This document shows positions 30,032 through 39,941 of a stretch of 64,000 nt of DNA, piece by piece. Source of the stretch: an uncultured Candidatus Rokubacteria bacterium. Its GTDB lineage: Bacteria > Methylomirabilota > Methylomirabilia > Rokubacteriales > DASRDR01. How positions within the stretch are numbered: position 1 is the stretch's first letter; each line of letters begins with the position of its first letter. The position numbers and the translations under genes were made by a program. The stretch is taken from contig CAWDVE010000016.1 of assembly GCA_963805625.1 (NCBI GenBank), positions 160,001 to 224,000 of the forward strand. The letters run 5' to 3'. The notes under the pieces are model-generated. The model saw only the letters and a program-made list of their open reading frames with translations, was not told where the DNA came from and did not search any database.

Positions 30032-32788
30032 GTGAGCCGCCTGGACCGGCTGGGCGGCGCGAATCCCCCGGCCGCGCCCGAGTCCGGGGGGGCGTCCCGA
30101 GGGCTGCTGATCGCGCTGGGAGTTGGGGTGATCGTCCGGCTCCTGCTGCTCCGGCTGCCGCGTCTCTGGTACGACGAGGCGACGTCGGGTCTGCTTGGCC
30201 TGTCGGTGCTCAGGGGCGAGCTGCCCGTCTACTTCTTCGGTCAGCCGTTCATGGGCGCGCTGGACGGCTACCTCGCCGCGCCGCTCTTCTGGCTGCTGGG
30301 TGTGTCCGCCCGGACCCTCGAGCTGGTCCCCGTGCTCCTCGCGCTGGCTAGCGTCGGCTTGACCGTCCGCCTGGCGCACGATGCGTTCGGGCCGAGGGCG
30401 GCGCTGTTCACCGCGGTCCTGCTGGCGGTCCCGCCGGACTTCCTGCTGTTCTGGTCTCACGAGGCCCGCAACCACTATCCGCTCACGGTCCTCCTCGGGA
30501 CCCTCGCGCTCGTCCTCGCCCTGCGGGCGCCCGCCGCGCGGGGCGGTCGGGCGACCGTCCTGTGCGCCCTGCTGGGCGGGATCCTCGGGCTCGCCTTCTG
30601 GACCAACTTCCTCTCCCTCGTCTATTTCCCGGCGATTGCGCTGTTGCTTCTGCGCCGGGGAGTCCGCCCGCTCGTCCCCGGCGTCCTTGCGGCGCTGCCC
30701 GCGTTCGTGCTCGGCAGCCTGCCGCACTGGTTGTACGGCGTGCCTCACGGAACGGCGATGCCACCGCCCGGCCGGCCGGTGGGACTCGAGACCGTCCTAG
30801 CCCATCTCCGCTTCTTCGGAAGAACGGCCTGGCCCATCGTGGTCGGCGTGCCGCAGAACCTCCGGGACGCCACCCTGGGCGTCGGGCTCGCCCTCGTGCT
30901 GGGCGCGCTGTACCTGGTCGCCGCGCTCGCGGCCCTCCGCGCCGTCCGCCGCGCCGCCGCGCCCGCGGGCGCGGCGGGTCTGGCCCTCGTCGCCCTCGCG
31001 TGCACCAACGTGGGCATCGCGGTGGTGACGCAGTACGGACGCGGCCTCGACGACAACGATCCGCACTACCTCCTGCCGCTCTACACGGCGCTGCCGCCGC
31101 TCCTCGGGTGGTTCCTGGCCGGACTGTCGGATCGACGGTGCGCGCGCGTCCTGACGGCGGCACTCGTCCTGCTCAACGCGGCCAGTGCCCTCGACGGAAG
31201 CTTCGGGAACTTCCGTCCGGCCATCGCGGCGGCCGAGCGAGCCGGGCTCGCGGCGCAGCTCGCGACCCTCGAGAGTCTCGAGCGCGCCGGGCTTCACCGG
31301 CTCTACGATTCCGATGCCACGGGACGGGTGTTCACGGTCCTGTCGGCGGGCCGGACAATCGTCTCGAATCCCTACGAGGAGATTCGACCTGGCTTCGCGC
31401 GCGCCGTCGATGGCGCTCCGGTAGTGGCTTGGTGGATGCCGCGGCGCGCGCCGGTGCTCGAAGCGCACTTCGCCGCGCTGGGCCTCCGCTTCGCGTTCCG
31501 CCGCGTGAGCCCGCTCGGCGGCGTGTACGAGGGGTTCGCGCTGGTCGCCCCGCCGGTCCGCGAGGTGGCAGCGCGGGCGCTCCGGGTCACCGCCAGCGAC
31601 GGGTCCGGTGACACCGGCCGCATGACGGATCGCATCGGCTCGACGCTCTGGAGCACTGGCCATCCCCAGCGGGGCGGCGAGTGGATCCAGGTGGACCTGG
31701 GCGCCGTCGTGCCCGTCGCGCTCGTCCGCTGGCTGCCGGGCACGTACCAGGAAGTGCCCCGCGGCCTCCGGCTCGAGGGATCCCTGGACGGGTCCGCCTG
31801 GCGCCCGCTGGTGGATCTGCCCGAGTACGGCGGACCGCTCTACGCGTCGGCGGGGCGGCCCATCCAGCGCGTCCGAAGCGGCCGGGTGGAGCTTCGGGTA
31901 GAGCCGGCTCCGGCTCGCCATCTCCGCATCACGCAGACGGGGCGCGGCACGTTCTGGGCGTGGACGATCCGGGAGCTGTACGTGTACGCGTCGACCGGAG
32001 GCGCCCCGGCCCCGGCGGTCGAGGCGGACGGTAGGGCGCTCGCGCGCGCCGTGAGGGCCGAGGGAGTGCGGCGACTCTACGCCGACCACGGCTGGGCGAG
32101 CCGCGTCGCCCTTGCCGATCCCGCGATCCGCGTTCCACCCGCCAACCTCCAGCTGGACGACTACGGCTTCAAGGGATCGGCGGCGATGCTGCTCCCGCCC
32201 TTTCACTGGGAGGCCGGGACCGGAGTCCTGCTGGAGTCCGCCGATACTGAGGCCTTCGCCGAGGTGGCCCGCGCGGGCGGGCTGGCGTTCACCCAGCGGA
32301 TTCTCGACGGGCTTGCGCTCTTCGTTCACGCGCCGGCCGCGCCGCCCGGGCCGCTCCTCGCGGCAAGCGCGCTCGGCGTGACCGCCGCGCGGCAGCCGAA
32401 GCGCGCGGGCCTCGCGGTCGACGGGGATCCCGCGACGCGCTGGGCCACGGCGGGCCCGCGCGAGGCCGGCGACTGGTTTCGCGTGGACCTCCCGGCGGCC
32501 CGATCGCTTCGCGGCGTGCGGCTCTCCGCGGACAACCCCGCCGACCTGCCGCCCGAGCTGGCCGTGGAGAGCTCGCGCGACGGCATGCACTGGGAGCACC
32601 TCGCCGCGACGCTGCGGTCGGAGCACCAGTATCGATGGGCCGGCTTCGGCGTCCTCGACGAGGGTGCCATCGCCCTCAGGCTCGAGTTCCCGCCGGTCAC
32701 GGTGAGGGCACTCCGCCTGGTGCTGCCGGCGGGTGACCCGGTGTTCGACTGGTCGATCAACGAGCTCGCCGTCTACGGCGGGGAATGA
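30032..32788 (+). CDS. GT-C (ArnT/PMT-like) membrane protein with two discoidin (F5/8 type C)-like domains
   Basis: WYDEA after TM1 and about 11 TM segments; WSTGHPQRGGEWIQVDLG and AVDGDPATRWAT...WFRVDL...WSINEL. Confidence 0.8.
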   Translation: MSRLDRLGGANPPAAPESGGASRGLLIALGVGVIVRLLLLRLPRLWYDEATSGLLGLSVLRGELPVYFFGQPFMGALDGYLAAPLFWLLGVSARTLELVPVLLALASVGLTVRLAHDAFGPRAALFTAVLLAVPPDFLLFWSHEARNHYPLTVLLGTLALVLALRAPAARGGRATVLCALLGGILGLAFWTNFLSLVYFPAIALLLLRRGVRPLVPGVLAALPAFVLGSLPHWLYGVPHGTAMPPPGRPVGLETVLAHLRFFGRTAWPIVVGVPQNLRDATLGVGLALVLGALYLVAALAALRAVRRAAAPAGAAGLALVALACTNVGIAVVTQYGRGLDDNDPHYLLPLYTALPPLLGWFLAGLSDRRCARVLTAALVLLNAASALDGSFGNFRPAIAAAERAGLAAQLATLESLERAGLHRLYDSDATGRVFTVLSAGRTIVSNPYEEIRPGFARAVDGAPVVAWWMPRRAPVLEAHFAALGLRFAFRRVSPLGGVYEGFALVAPPVREVAARALRVTASDGSGDTGRMTDRIGSTLWSTGHPQRGGEWIQVDLGAVVPVALVRWLPGTYQEVPRGLRLEGSLDGSAWRPLVDLPEYGGPLYASAGRPIQRVRSGRVELRVEPAPARHLRITQTGRGTFWAWTIRELYVYASTGGAPAPAVEADGRALARAVRAEGVRRLYADHGWASRVALADPAIRVPPANLQLDDYGFKGSAAMLLPPFHWEAGTGVLLESADTEAFAEVARAGGLAFTQRILDGLALFVHAPAAPPGPLLAASALGVTAARQPKRAGLAVDGDPATRWATAGPREAGDWFRVDLPAARSLRGVRLSADNPADLPPELAVESSRDGMHWEHLAATLRSEHQYRWAGFGVLDEGAIALRLEFPPVTVRALRLVLPAGDPVFDWSINELAVYGGE

Positions 32789-33068
32789 AGCCGCGTACGC
32801 TTGGGAGCGCGCGCAATTGGCAGGAAAGGGGCACTACCAGGAAGCGCGCTGGAGGGTCTGGGTCCGCAACATGTTGCCCTCGCCGTGGGCGAGACGCGGC
32901 CTGGGGAGTTTCAGGGGAAGACTCCCGTAGGCTTCGAGTTGGCCGCGTTCGCCGTGCAGGCGGGACGCCGGTCGGGAGGAGACGGTGGGAATTGAACCCG
33001 CGAGGCGGCGCGCCCCGCGAGGGAGATGACGCGCGGGGCCGTCGTCGTGGCGCCTGCCGGCGGGCCCC

Positions 33069-33077
33069 TGCTATACT
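33069..33077 (+). promoter_or_regulatory. Extended -10 element, probably leaderless
   Basis: TGCTATACT 6 nt upstream of ATG 33084; no SD sequence. Confidence 0.6.
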
Positions 33078-33083
33078 CGGCGC

Positions 33084-34070
33084 ATGCGCACGCTCGTCAC
33101 CGGCGGCACCGGGTTCACCGGCAGCCATCTCGTCCGGCGCTTGCTGGCGCGGGGCGATCAGGTGCGCGTTCTCGACGCCGCCCCGGGGCTGTTCCACGAC
33201 GAGCTCCAGCGTCTCGGCACGGAGATCACGCTCGGTAGCGTGACGGACAAGGCGCTCGTCGACCGGCTGGTGGCCGGGACCGACGTCGTCTTCCACCTCG
33301 CGGCCGCTTTCCGGAAGATCAACCTCCCCAAGCGGGAGTACTGGGAGGTCAACTGCCAGGGCACGCGCTACGTGGCCGAGGCGTGCCTCCGGCACCAGGT
33401 GCGCCGGCTCGTGTACTGCTCGACCCAGGGCGTGCACGGACACGTCGCCCACCCGCCCGGCGACGAGACGTCGCCGATCGCCCCGGAGGACTACTACCAG
33501 CAGACGAAGTACGACGGGGAGCAGGCGCTCTGGGAGGTCGCCCGCGGCGGCCTCGAGGCGAGCGTGGTCCGCCCCATGGGCATCTACGGCCCCGGTGACC
33601 CGGGCCGCTTCCTCATGCTCTACCGCGCGGTCCGGCGGGGGCGTTTCCTCATGTTCGGTGACGGTGAGACCTTCTATCATCCCTGCTACATCGACAACCT
33701 CGTCGACGCGTTCGAGCTGGCCGCGGAGCACCCGAAGGCCGTGGGCGAGACGTACCTGATCGGCGACGACCGCTACGTGTCGCTCAACGAGTTGGTGCGG
33801 ACGGTGGCGGAGAGCCTCGGGCAGCAGGTGAGGATCGTCCATCTCCCGTTCGCGCCGCTGTGGGCCGCCTCCGCTCTCTGCGAGGCGGTGCTCATGCCGC
33901 TCGGGGTCGAGCCGCCCCTGTTCCGGCGGCGGGCCGACTGGTTCCGCCAGACGCGCGCGTTCACCATCGACAAGGCGGTGCGGGAGCTCGGCTTCGTCGC
34001 CCGCATCCCCCTCGCGGAGGGCCTCCGGCGCACGGCGGCCTGGTATCGCGAGCACGGCTACCTCCGCTAG
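33084..34070 (+). CDS. NAD-dependent epimerase/dehydratase
   Basis: TGGTGFTG, FHLAA, YQQTK (YxxxK), IYGPGD. Confidence 0.92.
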   Translation: MRTLVTGGTGFTGSHLVRRLLARGDQVRVLDAAPGLFHDELQRLGTEITLGSVTDKALVDRLVAGTDVVFHLAAAFRKINLPKREYWEVNCQGTRYVAEACLRHQVRRLVYCSTQGVHGHVAHPPGDETSPIAPEDYYQQTKYDGEQALWEVARGGLEASVVRPMGIYGPGDPGRFLMLYRAVRRGRFLMFGDGETFYHPCYIDNLVDAFELAAEHPKAVGETYLIGDDRYVSLNELVRTVAESLGQQVRIVHLPFAPLWAASALCEAVLMPLGVEPPLFRRRADWFRQTRAFTIDKAVRELGFVARIPLAEGLRRTAAWYREHGYLR

Positions 34071-34072
34071 CC

Positions 34073-35956
34073 ATGTGCGGCATTGCCGGCGTCTTCGAGT
34101 TCCGCCCGGGGCAGGTGCCCCAGCCCCACGTTCTCGAGGCGATGGGGAAGGTGATCGAGCACCGCGGCCCCGACCAGGGCGCCGTCTTCCAGGATGGCCC
34201 CATCGGGCTCGTCGCGCGGCGCCTCCGGATCATCGACCTGTCACCCGCCGGATCCCAGCCCATCCCGAACGAGGACGGCACGATCCAGCTCGTCTACAAC
34301 GGCGAGATGTTCAACCACGAGGGGCTGCGCCAGGAGCTCCAGGCGCTCGGGCATCGCTTCCGGGGGCGCTGCGATTCGGAGGTCGTCGTCCACGCCTACG
34401 AGGCGTGGGGCCCGCGCTGCGTGGAGCGCTTCCGCGGGTTCTTCGCGTTCGCGCTCTGGGACAGCGTCCGCGGGGAGCTCCTGCTGGCGCGCGACCGGAT
34501 CGGGATCAAACCGCTCTACTACGCGTGGTCCGAGGACCGCCTGGTCTTCGGCTCGGAGATCAAGGCGATCCTCGAGCACCCGGACGTCCCCCGGGCCATG
34601 GACCTCCAGTCCATGTACCACTACCTGGGCTACGAGTTCGTGCCCGGGCCGGCGACCATGTTCCAGGGGATCCGGAAGCTCCCGCCGGGCACCATCGCGC
34701 GAGTCCGCGGCGGCCGCCTCGAGATCGAGCCCTACTGGGAGCTGCGGTTCGAGGACGCGCCCGACGACGCGGCGACGCTCGCCCGGCGGGTCCGTGAGAC
34801 GTTCCGGGACTCCGTGCACGCGTGGATGATGTCGGACGTCCCGGAGGGTGTGTTCCTCTCGGGCGGGCTCGACTCGACGGCGGTTCTGGCCTTCACGCGT
34901 GAGGCTACGACCGGGCCGCTCCCCACCTTCACGCTCGGCTACGACGATCCCTCGTTCAGCGAGTGGGAGTACGCGCGCGAGGCCGCGCGCTACTACGGGA
35001 CCGAGCACCGCGAGATCCGCGTCCCCCCGATCACGCCCGACGTGATCGAGCAGACCGTCTGGCACCTCGACGAGCCGATGACGGACCTCTCGGCCGTGCC
35101 CCTGTTCCTCCTGTGCCGGGAGGCGCGGCGGGATGTCACCGTCTGCATGTCGGGCGAGGGCGGGGACGAGGTCTTCGTCGGCTACGACCGGTTCGTCGCC
35201 TCGAAGGCCGAGCGATTCTATCGGATGCTGCCGCGCGCGCTCCGGCGCGGGGTGATCGAGCCCCTGGTCATGCGGCTCCCGGATCAGGAGCAGAAGAAGG
35301 GGCCGGTCGTCGTCCTCCGGCGGTTCATCGAAGGGGCCCGCCTCCATCCGGACGCCCTCCACATGCGCTGGCAGTACTTCGGCTCGGATGCCCTCGACGC
35401 GCGTCTCTTCCGGGAGACCGTGCTTCGCTCGGTCGACCGGGACCGCTTCGCGCCGATCCGCCAGGCGGCCGAGCGCTGCAACTCGCGCCGGCAGCTCGAC
35501 CGCGAGATCTTCGTGGACACTCGGTTCACGATGCCGGATTCGGTGCTGATGAAGGTCGACAAGATGTCGATGGCGCACGCGCTCGAAATCCGAGTGCCGC
35601 TGCTGGACCACCACCTGATCGAGCTGGCCGCCTCGATTCCACCGCGTCTGAAATTCCCGGGGTTCCGGACCCGCGCGATCTACCGGCGAGCGCTCGAGGG
35701 CGTGCTGCCCCCGAGGATCCTTGGACGCGGCAAGCAGGGCTACAGCCTTCCGCTCAAGCAGTGGCTCCGGAACGAGCTCCGCGACTACATGGTGCAGCTG
35801 CTCCGGGGATCCGAGGTGGTACGCGCGCACTTGGACCCGTCGGGTGTCGAGGCGCTCATCGGCGAGCACCTCGCTCGCCGCGCGAACCACAACCATACCC
35901 TCTGGGCCCTCATCAACCTGACGCTGTGGCACCGTCGGTTCATTGAGGGAGCCTGA
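34073..35956 (+). CDS. asnB: Asparagine synthase (glutamine-hydrolysing)-like amidotransferase
   Basis: MCGIAG, HRGPD, YNGE, RDRIGIKPLYY, FLSGGLDS, SGEGGDE, KVDKMSMAHALE.RVP. Confidence 0.93.
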   Translation: MCGIAGVFEFRPGQVPQPHVLEAMGKVIEHRGPDQGAVFQDGPIGLVARRLRIIDLSPAGSQPIPNEDGTIQLVYNGEMFNHEGLRQELQALGHRFRGRCDSEVVVHAYEAWGPRCVERFRGFFAFALWDSVRGELLLARDRIGIKPLYYAWSEDRLVFGSEIKAILEHPDVPRAMDLQSMYHYLGYEFVPGPATMFQGIRKLPPGTIARVRGGRLEIEPYWELRFEDAPDDAATLARRVRETFRDSVHAWMMSDVPEGVFLSGGLDSTAVLAFTREATTGPLPTFTLGYDDPSFSEWEYAREAARYYGTEHREIRVPPITPDVIEQTVWHLDEPMTDLSAVPLFLLCREARRDVTVCMSGEGGDEVFVGYDRFVASKAERFYRMLPRALRRGVIEPLVMRLPDQEQKKGPVVVLRRFIEGARLHPDALHMRWQYFGSDALDARLFRETVLRSVDRDRFAPIRQAAERCNSRRQLDREIFVDTRFTMPDSVLMKVDKMSMAHALEIRVPLLDHHLIELAASIPPRLKFPGFRTRAIYRRALEGVLPPRILGRGKQGYSLPLKQWLRNELRDYMVQLLRGSEVVRAHLDPSGVEALIGEHLARRANHNHTLWALINLTLWHRRFIEGA

Positions 35957-36938
35957 GCGCCTGCGCCGGGAAGGCGGCCGCCGCGGGCTTCGCCTCCGGA
36001 TCGCGGTCAGTCTCGCCCTCTTCCTCCTGCTCGTCCTCTTCGTCGACTGGGGCCGCCTGGGCGCGCGCCTCGGCACCGCGGATCCCCTCCTCATACTGGC
36101 CGTCGTGGCGCTGGCGACGGCGGACCGGCTCCTCATGGCGTGGAAGTGGTGGCTCCTCGTGCGGAGCCGGGACGCGGCCCTCGGGCTCTGGGCAGCGGTG
36201 CGCGCCTATTACCTGGCATCGTTCGCGGGGTACTTCCTTCCCATGACGGTGGGTGCCGACGCGGTCCGGATCGGGGCCCTCAGCGGCACGAGCCGCCCGG
36301 CGGTGCTGGTGGCGTCGGTGGTGCTCGAGCGCCTGATCGGCGCGCTTGCCCAGGCCGTGCTCGCCGTGCTGTCGGTGGCGACGCTGGTGACGCTCGGTCT
36401 CGGGGCCCGGGTGGGCCCGGCCGAGCGCTGGGGTCTGGGCGCGGCCGTCGCGCTCGCGTTCGGCGCATTCCCGTTCTCGTTCCCGGCCGCGCGGTGGGTC
36501 GCGGCGCGCCTCGGCTCCGGCGGAGGGTGGCGGAGGGCGCTTCGCGCGCTGGCCGAGCAGTACGCGGGGTATGGGGCGTCGACGGGCCTGCTGTGCGCGT
36601 TCTTCGCGCTGACCCTCCTCGAGGGCGGGTTTCCGGTCTCGATTCACTACGTGGCGGGGCGGGCGCTGGGCCTCGATCCGGGCTGGAGCTTCTACATCGC
36701 CACCGTGCCGCTCGTCTACTTGGTGGCTCGGCTGCCGGTGAGCCTGGGGGGCCTCGGGTTCCTGGAGCTGTCGTTCGTGTCACTGGCAGGCCTGCTCGGC
36801 GTGGGGTGGACGGACGCCTTTGCCATCACAGGCCTCGCGACCGCGCTGTACCTGGTGGCGCTCGTCCCCGGAGCGGTGCTCTACCTCATCCCGGTGCCGG
36901 CCTCCATCCGGTCCACGCCCCGGGAACGGCTGCCATGA
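35943..36938 (+). CDS. LPG synthase TM domain protein (putative flippase)
   Basis: AWKWWLL, FLPMTVGADAVR, SVVLERLIG, LPVSLGGLGFLE. Confidence 0.85.
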   Translation: MREPERLRREGGRRGLRLRIAVSLALFLLLVLFVDWGRLGARLGTADPLLILAVVALATADRLLMAWKWWLLVRSRDAALGLWAAVRAYYLASFAGYFLPMTVGADAVRIGALSGTSRPAVLVASVVLERLIGALAQAVLAVLSVATLVTLGLGARVGPAERWGLGAAVALAFGAFPFSFPAARWVAARLGSGGGWRRALRALAEQYAGYGASTGLLCAFFALTLLEGGFPVSIHYVAGRALGLDPGWSFYIATVPLVYLVARLPVSLGGLGFLELSFVSLAGLLGVGWTDAFAITGLATALYLVALVPGAVLYLIPVPASIRSTPRERLP

Positions 36939-37744
36939 GTGTCGAGGCCGGAGGCCGTCCGATCAGCCCTGGTGCGCGGAGCGAGGGCGGCCCGCCGAGC
37001 GCGAGCGACCGGCTGGCGGACGTTCCGGGGGCCCTGTTCGACCCGCGGCGGTCGAAGGTCGAGCGGTACGCCGACCTCGTTGTCGGCGAGCAGGGGTGGT
37101 GGCCACTCCTCCGCTACGAGCTCGTCATGCTGCTCGCCTCCTGGGTTCCCGGTGCCCTCGGCCTAGTGCTACGCGGCTGGCTGTATCCGTGGCTGCTCGG
37201 CGCCTGCGGTCGGAACGTCAGCTTCGGGACGGGTGTCGTGCTGCGGCACCCCGGGAAGATCCGGATCGGCAATGACGTCGCCATCGACGACGGATGCGCG
37301 CTGGACGCCAAGGGCTCGGCAAACCGCGGCATCGAGATCGGCTCTCGGGTGTTCCTCGGCCGGCACACCCTCCTCGCGTGCAAGGAGGGCGACATCGTGC
37401 TTGAGGATGGCGTCAACGTCTCGTACAACTGCACGGTATTCTCCGCATCGTCGGTCCGGATCGGGGCGGAGACCTTGCTGGCCGCCTACTGCTACGTGGT
37501 GGGCGGCGGGCACGACTTCGACCGGGCGGACGTTCCCGTCGTGCAGCAGGCGCGACCCTCCCGGGGGATCGCCGTGGGTCCGGGCGGCTGGCTCGGGGCG
37601 GGCGCGATCGTGCTCGACGGCGTCACCGTCGGGCCGAGCGCCATCGTGGGGGCACACGCGGTCGTGACGCAGGACGTTCCCGGCTATGCGATCGTTGCGG
37701 GCGCCCCGGCCCGCGTGGTCCGGGACCGGCGCCAGCCCGCATGA
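36935..37744 (+). CDS. Hexapeptide-repeat (left-handed beta-helix) acyltransferase
   Basis: IGNDVAID, IGSRVFLG, VGPGGWLGAGAIVLDGVTVG, IVGAHAVVTQDVP...GAPARVV. Confidence 0.9.
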   Translation: MSVEAGGRPISPGARSEGGPPSASDRLADVPGALFDPRRSKVERYADLVVGEQGWWPLLRYELVMLLASWVPGALGLVLRGWLYPWLLGACGRNVSFGTGVVLRHPGKIRIGNDVAIDDGCALDAKGSANRGIEIGSRVFLGRHTLLACKEGDIVLEDGVNVSYNCTVFSASSVRIGAETLLAAYCYVVGGGHDFDRADVPVVQQARPSRGIAVGPGGWLGAGAIVLDGVTVGPSAIVGAHAVVTQDVPGYAIVAGAPARVVRDRRQPA

Positions 37745-38850
37745 GCGCTCCGGCGACGGGCTCTCCGCCCGCCGTCCGGCCAGTGCCCTCGGGAGGGCCG
37801 GTCGCCGCGCGGCGCATGCCCCGCGGGCTGTTCCGTCTGGGCGTCGGGCTCCTGGTCTCGGGCGCCATCCTCGTCTACCTGTTCACGGTGCAGGGAGCCG
37901 ACCCCCGGGCGCTGGTCCCGCTCGTTCGAGCGATCTCGCTCCCGGGACTCCTGGCATACGTCGCCATCTCGGCCGTCGGCCTAGTCCTGCGCGCGCTGCG
38001 CTACCGCCTCCTTCTCGGCCGCCCCGTGCCGCTCTGGCCGCTCGTGCTGGTGACCGCGGTCCGCAACATGGCCGTCGACCTGATCCCCGCCCGGGCCGGG
38101 GCCGCCGCGAGCTATCTCTACCTGGTCACGGCCCGGCTCGGGCTCCCCCTCGAGGCCGGCGTCGCATCGTTCACGCTCTCGTTCATCCTCGACACACTCG
38201 CCGTGGCGCCGCTCCTCGTGCTCGCGCTGCTCGCCGTGGGGAACGCCCCCTTGCCGCCGGCCGTCCTCGTGGGCGGGAGCCTCGTGATCCTGCTCGGCTC
38301 CGGGGCCGCGCTCTGGGTGCTCGCCCCGATCCTCCGCCTCGGTGCGGTGGCGGCGGCCCGACTGCCGGGCCCCGTCGCCCGGCTGGTGCCGCTCTTCGGC
38401 GCGGCGGCGGGGGAGGTCGAGCGGCGCGAGCGCGCGCGCACCCTCGTGCCGGCCCTCGGTCTCTCGCTCCTCCTGCGACTCACGAAGTACGGCGCCTACT
38501 ACTGCTTGCTCCAGGCGCTCCTGGCCTCCCAGGACCAGCCGGGGCTCCAGTTCGGCTTTCTCCGCGTCTTCCTCTCGGTTGCGGGCGCGGAGATGGCCGC
38601 GTCCCTGCCGCTGCCGACCCTCATGAGCGTCGGCCCATACGAAGCGGCCGGCGCCGCGGGCTTCGCCTTCTGGCTCGGCCTGCCACGAGACCTCGCCACG
38701 CTCGCCGTGACCGCGTTCCACGGTCTGTCGCAGGTCCACGACTACGGGCTCGGGCTGCTCGCGCTCGTGTGGATCATGGCGACCCGCCCGCGCCGCCCTG
38801 TCGACCCAGGGTCGGATCGCGCGGCCGAGCGGTCTCTGCGGGATGCGTGA
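37741..38850 (+). CDS. LPG synthase TM domain protein (putative flippase)
   Basis: RALRYRLLL, NMAVDLIPARAG, LPLPTLMSVGPYEAA; multiple TM segments. Confidence 0.8.
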   Translation: MSAPATGSPPAVRPVPSGGPVAARRMPRGLFRLGVGLLVSGAILVYLFTVQGADPRALVPLVRAISLPGLLAYVAISAVGLVLRALRYRLLLGRPVPLWPLVLVTAVRNMAVDLIPARAGAAASYLYLVTARLGLPLEAGVASFTLSFILDTLAVAPLLVLALLAVGNAPLPPAVLVGGSLVILLGSGAALWVLAPILRLGAVAAARLPGPVARLVPLFGAAAGEVERRERARTLVPALGLSLLLRLTKYGAYYCLLQALLASQDQPGLQFGFLRVFLSVAGAEMAASLPLPTLMSVGPYEAAGAAGFAFWLGLPRDLATLAVTAFHGLSQVHDYGLGLLALVWIMATRPRRPVDPGSDRAAERSLRDA

Positions 38851-38972
38851 GGAGTGAATCGGGCGAGGATTCTCCCGGTGGGGCCGGCGTCGTTCGACGG
38901 GTCGAATCCGGAGGCTGGTGCTAGACTTTGTGACGTGAAGGGTGGGAGTGCCCTCGTGCTTCGAGGCGCCGT

Positions 38973-39932
38973 GTGATGCGGGAGACCGAGGTGGTCGAGG
39001 GCGCAGCGACGGATCCTGCCGTCGGTGGTCGGCCGTCGGGGTCACGCACGGCGACCGCGTGGCTCGACTACCTCCGGCCCCTCCGCTTCGACCACTGGAT
39101 CAAGAACCTCGTCGTTCCGGTCGGAAGCCTCCTGGCCCTGGCCGCCCACCGGTCCTACCCTAGCGGGACCAAAGTTGGTGCGATCGTCCTGGCGTTCGTC
39201 GTGTCCGGCCTGGTGTCGTCGGTCAACTATGCCGTGAACGAGATCCTGGACGCGCCGTTCGACGCGCGGCATCCGACGAAGCGGGATCGGCCCATCCCGT
39301 CTGGACGCGTACGTGTCGCGCCCCTCCTCGTCCTGACGGCCGCCGTCGCGCTCCTGGCGTTCGGAGTCTCATGGTGGCTCCTGCCCCCCGCCGCGCTCGG
39401 GGGCGCGGGCGCCCTGTTCGTCGCCGGGCTCGTGTACAATCTTCCGCCGCTCCGGCTCAAGGACTGGCCGTACCTCGACGCGGCCACCGAGTCCCTCACG
39501 AACCCGATCCGGATCGCGATCGGATGGCACGCCGTCGCCGCCGAGGCGCCTCCGGTGCTCCTGCTGGTCACCGTATGGGCCTTCGGGGCGTTCCTCATGA
39601 CCGGCAAGCGCCTGGCGGAGCTGAGGCTCCTCGGCGACCTCGCGGCGCGCTACCGCCCGACGTTCCAGGCGTACTCGGTGACGAGCCTGTTCGTCGTCCA
39701 GCTGGTCTACGCCCTGGCCGGCTTCGGAGCGCTCGCGCGTCTCGTGGTGACGCAGCGCCCGGAGGTGCTGCCCGCCCTCCCGCTGGTGGCGGTGCTTCTC
39801 GGCTGGGCGTTCAAGATGACCTTCGAGCCGGAGAGCCCCCTCATGGATCCGGAGCACCTGTACCGGCGCCCCATCTTCCTGCTCGTCGCCATCGCGGTCT
39901 TCGCCCTCCTGGTCGAGCTAGCCCTCGGCTAG
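38973..39932 (+). CDS. UbiA-family prenyltransferase resembling decaprenyl-phosphate phosphoribosyltransferase
   Basis: LR..HWIKN, YAVNEILD...DARHPTKRDRPIPSG, GKRLAEL. Start uncertain; TGCTAGACT at 38919-38927. Confidence 0.82.
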   Translation: MMRETEVVEGAATDPAVGGRPSGSRTATAWLDYLRPLRFDHWIKNLVVPVGSLLALAAHRSYPSGTKVGAIVLAFVVSGLVSSVNYAVNEILDAPFDARHPTKRDRPIPSGRVRVAPLLVLTAAVALLAFGVSWWLLPPAALGGAGALFVAGLVYNLPPLRLKDWPYLDAATESLTNPIRIAIGWHAVAAEAPPVLLLVTVWAFGAFLMTGKRLAELRLLGDLAARYRPTFQAYSVTSLFVVQLVYALAGFGALARLVVTQRPEVLPALPLVAVLLGWAFKMTFEPESPLMDPEHLYRRPIFLLVAIAVFALLVELALG

Positions 39933-39941
39933 GGAACGGCA

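Noticed and set aside
32930-33060. Complete tRNA or tmRNA gene
   Set aside because: Only a T-arm/acceptor-like 3' fragment is present; no D-arm, anticodon arm or complementary 5' acceptor strand.
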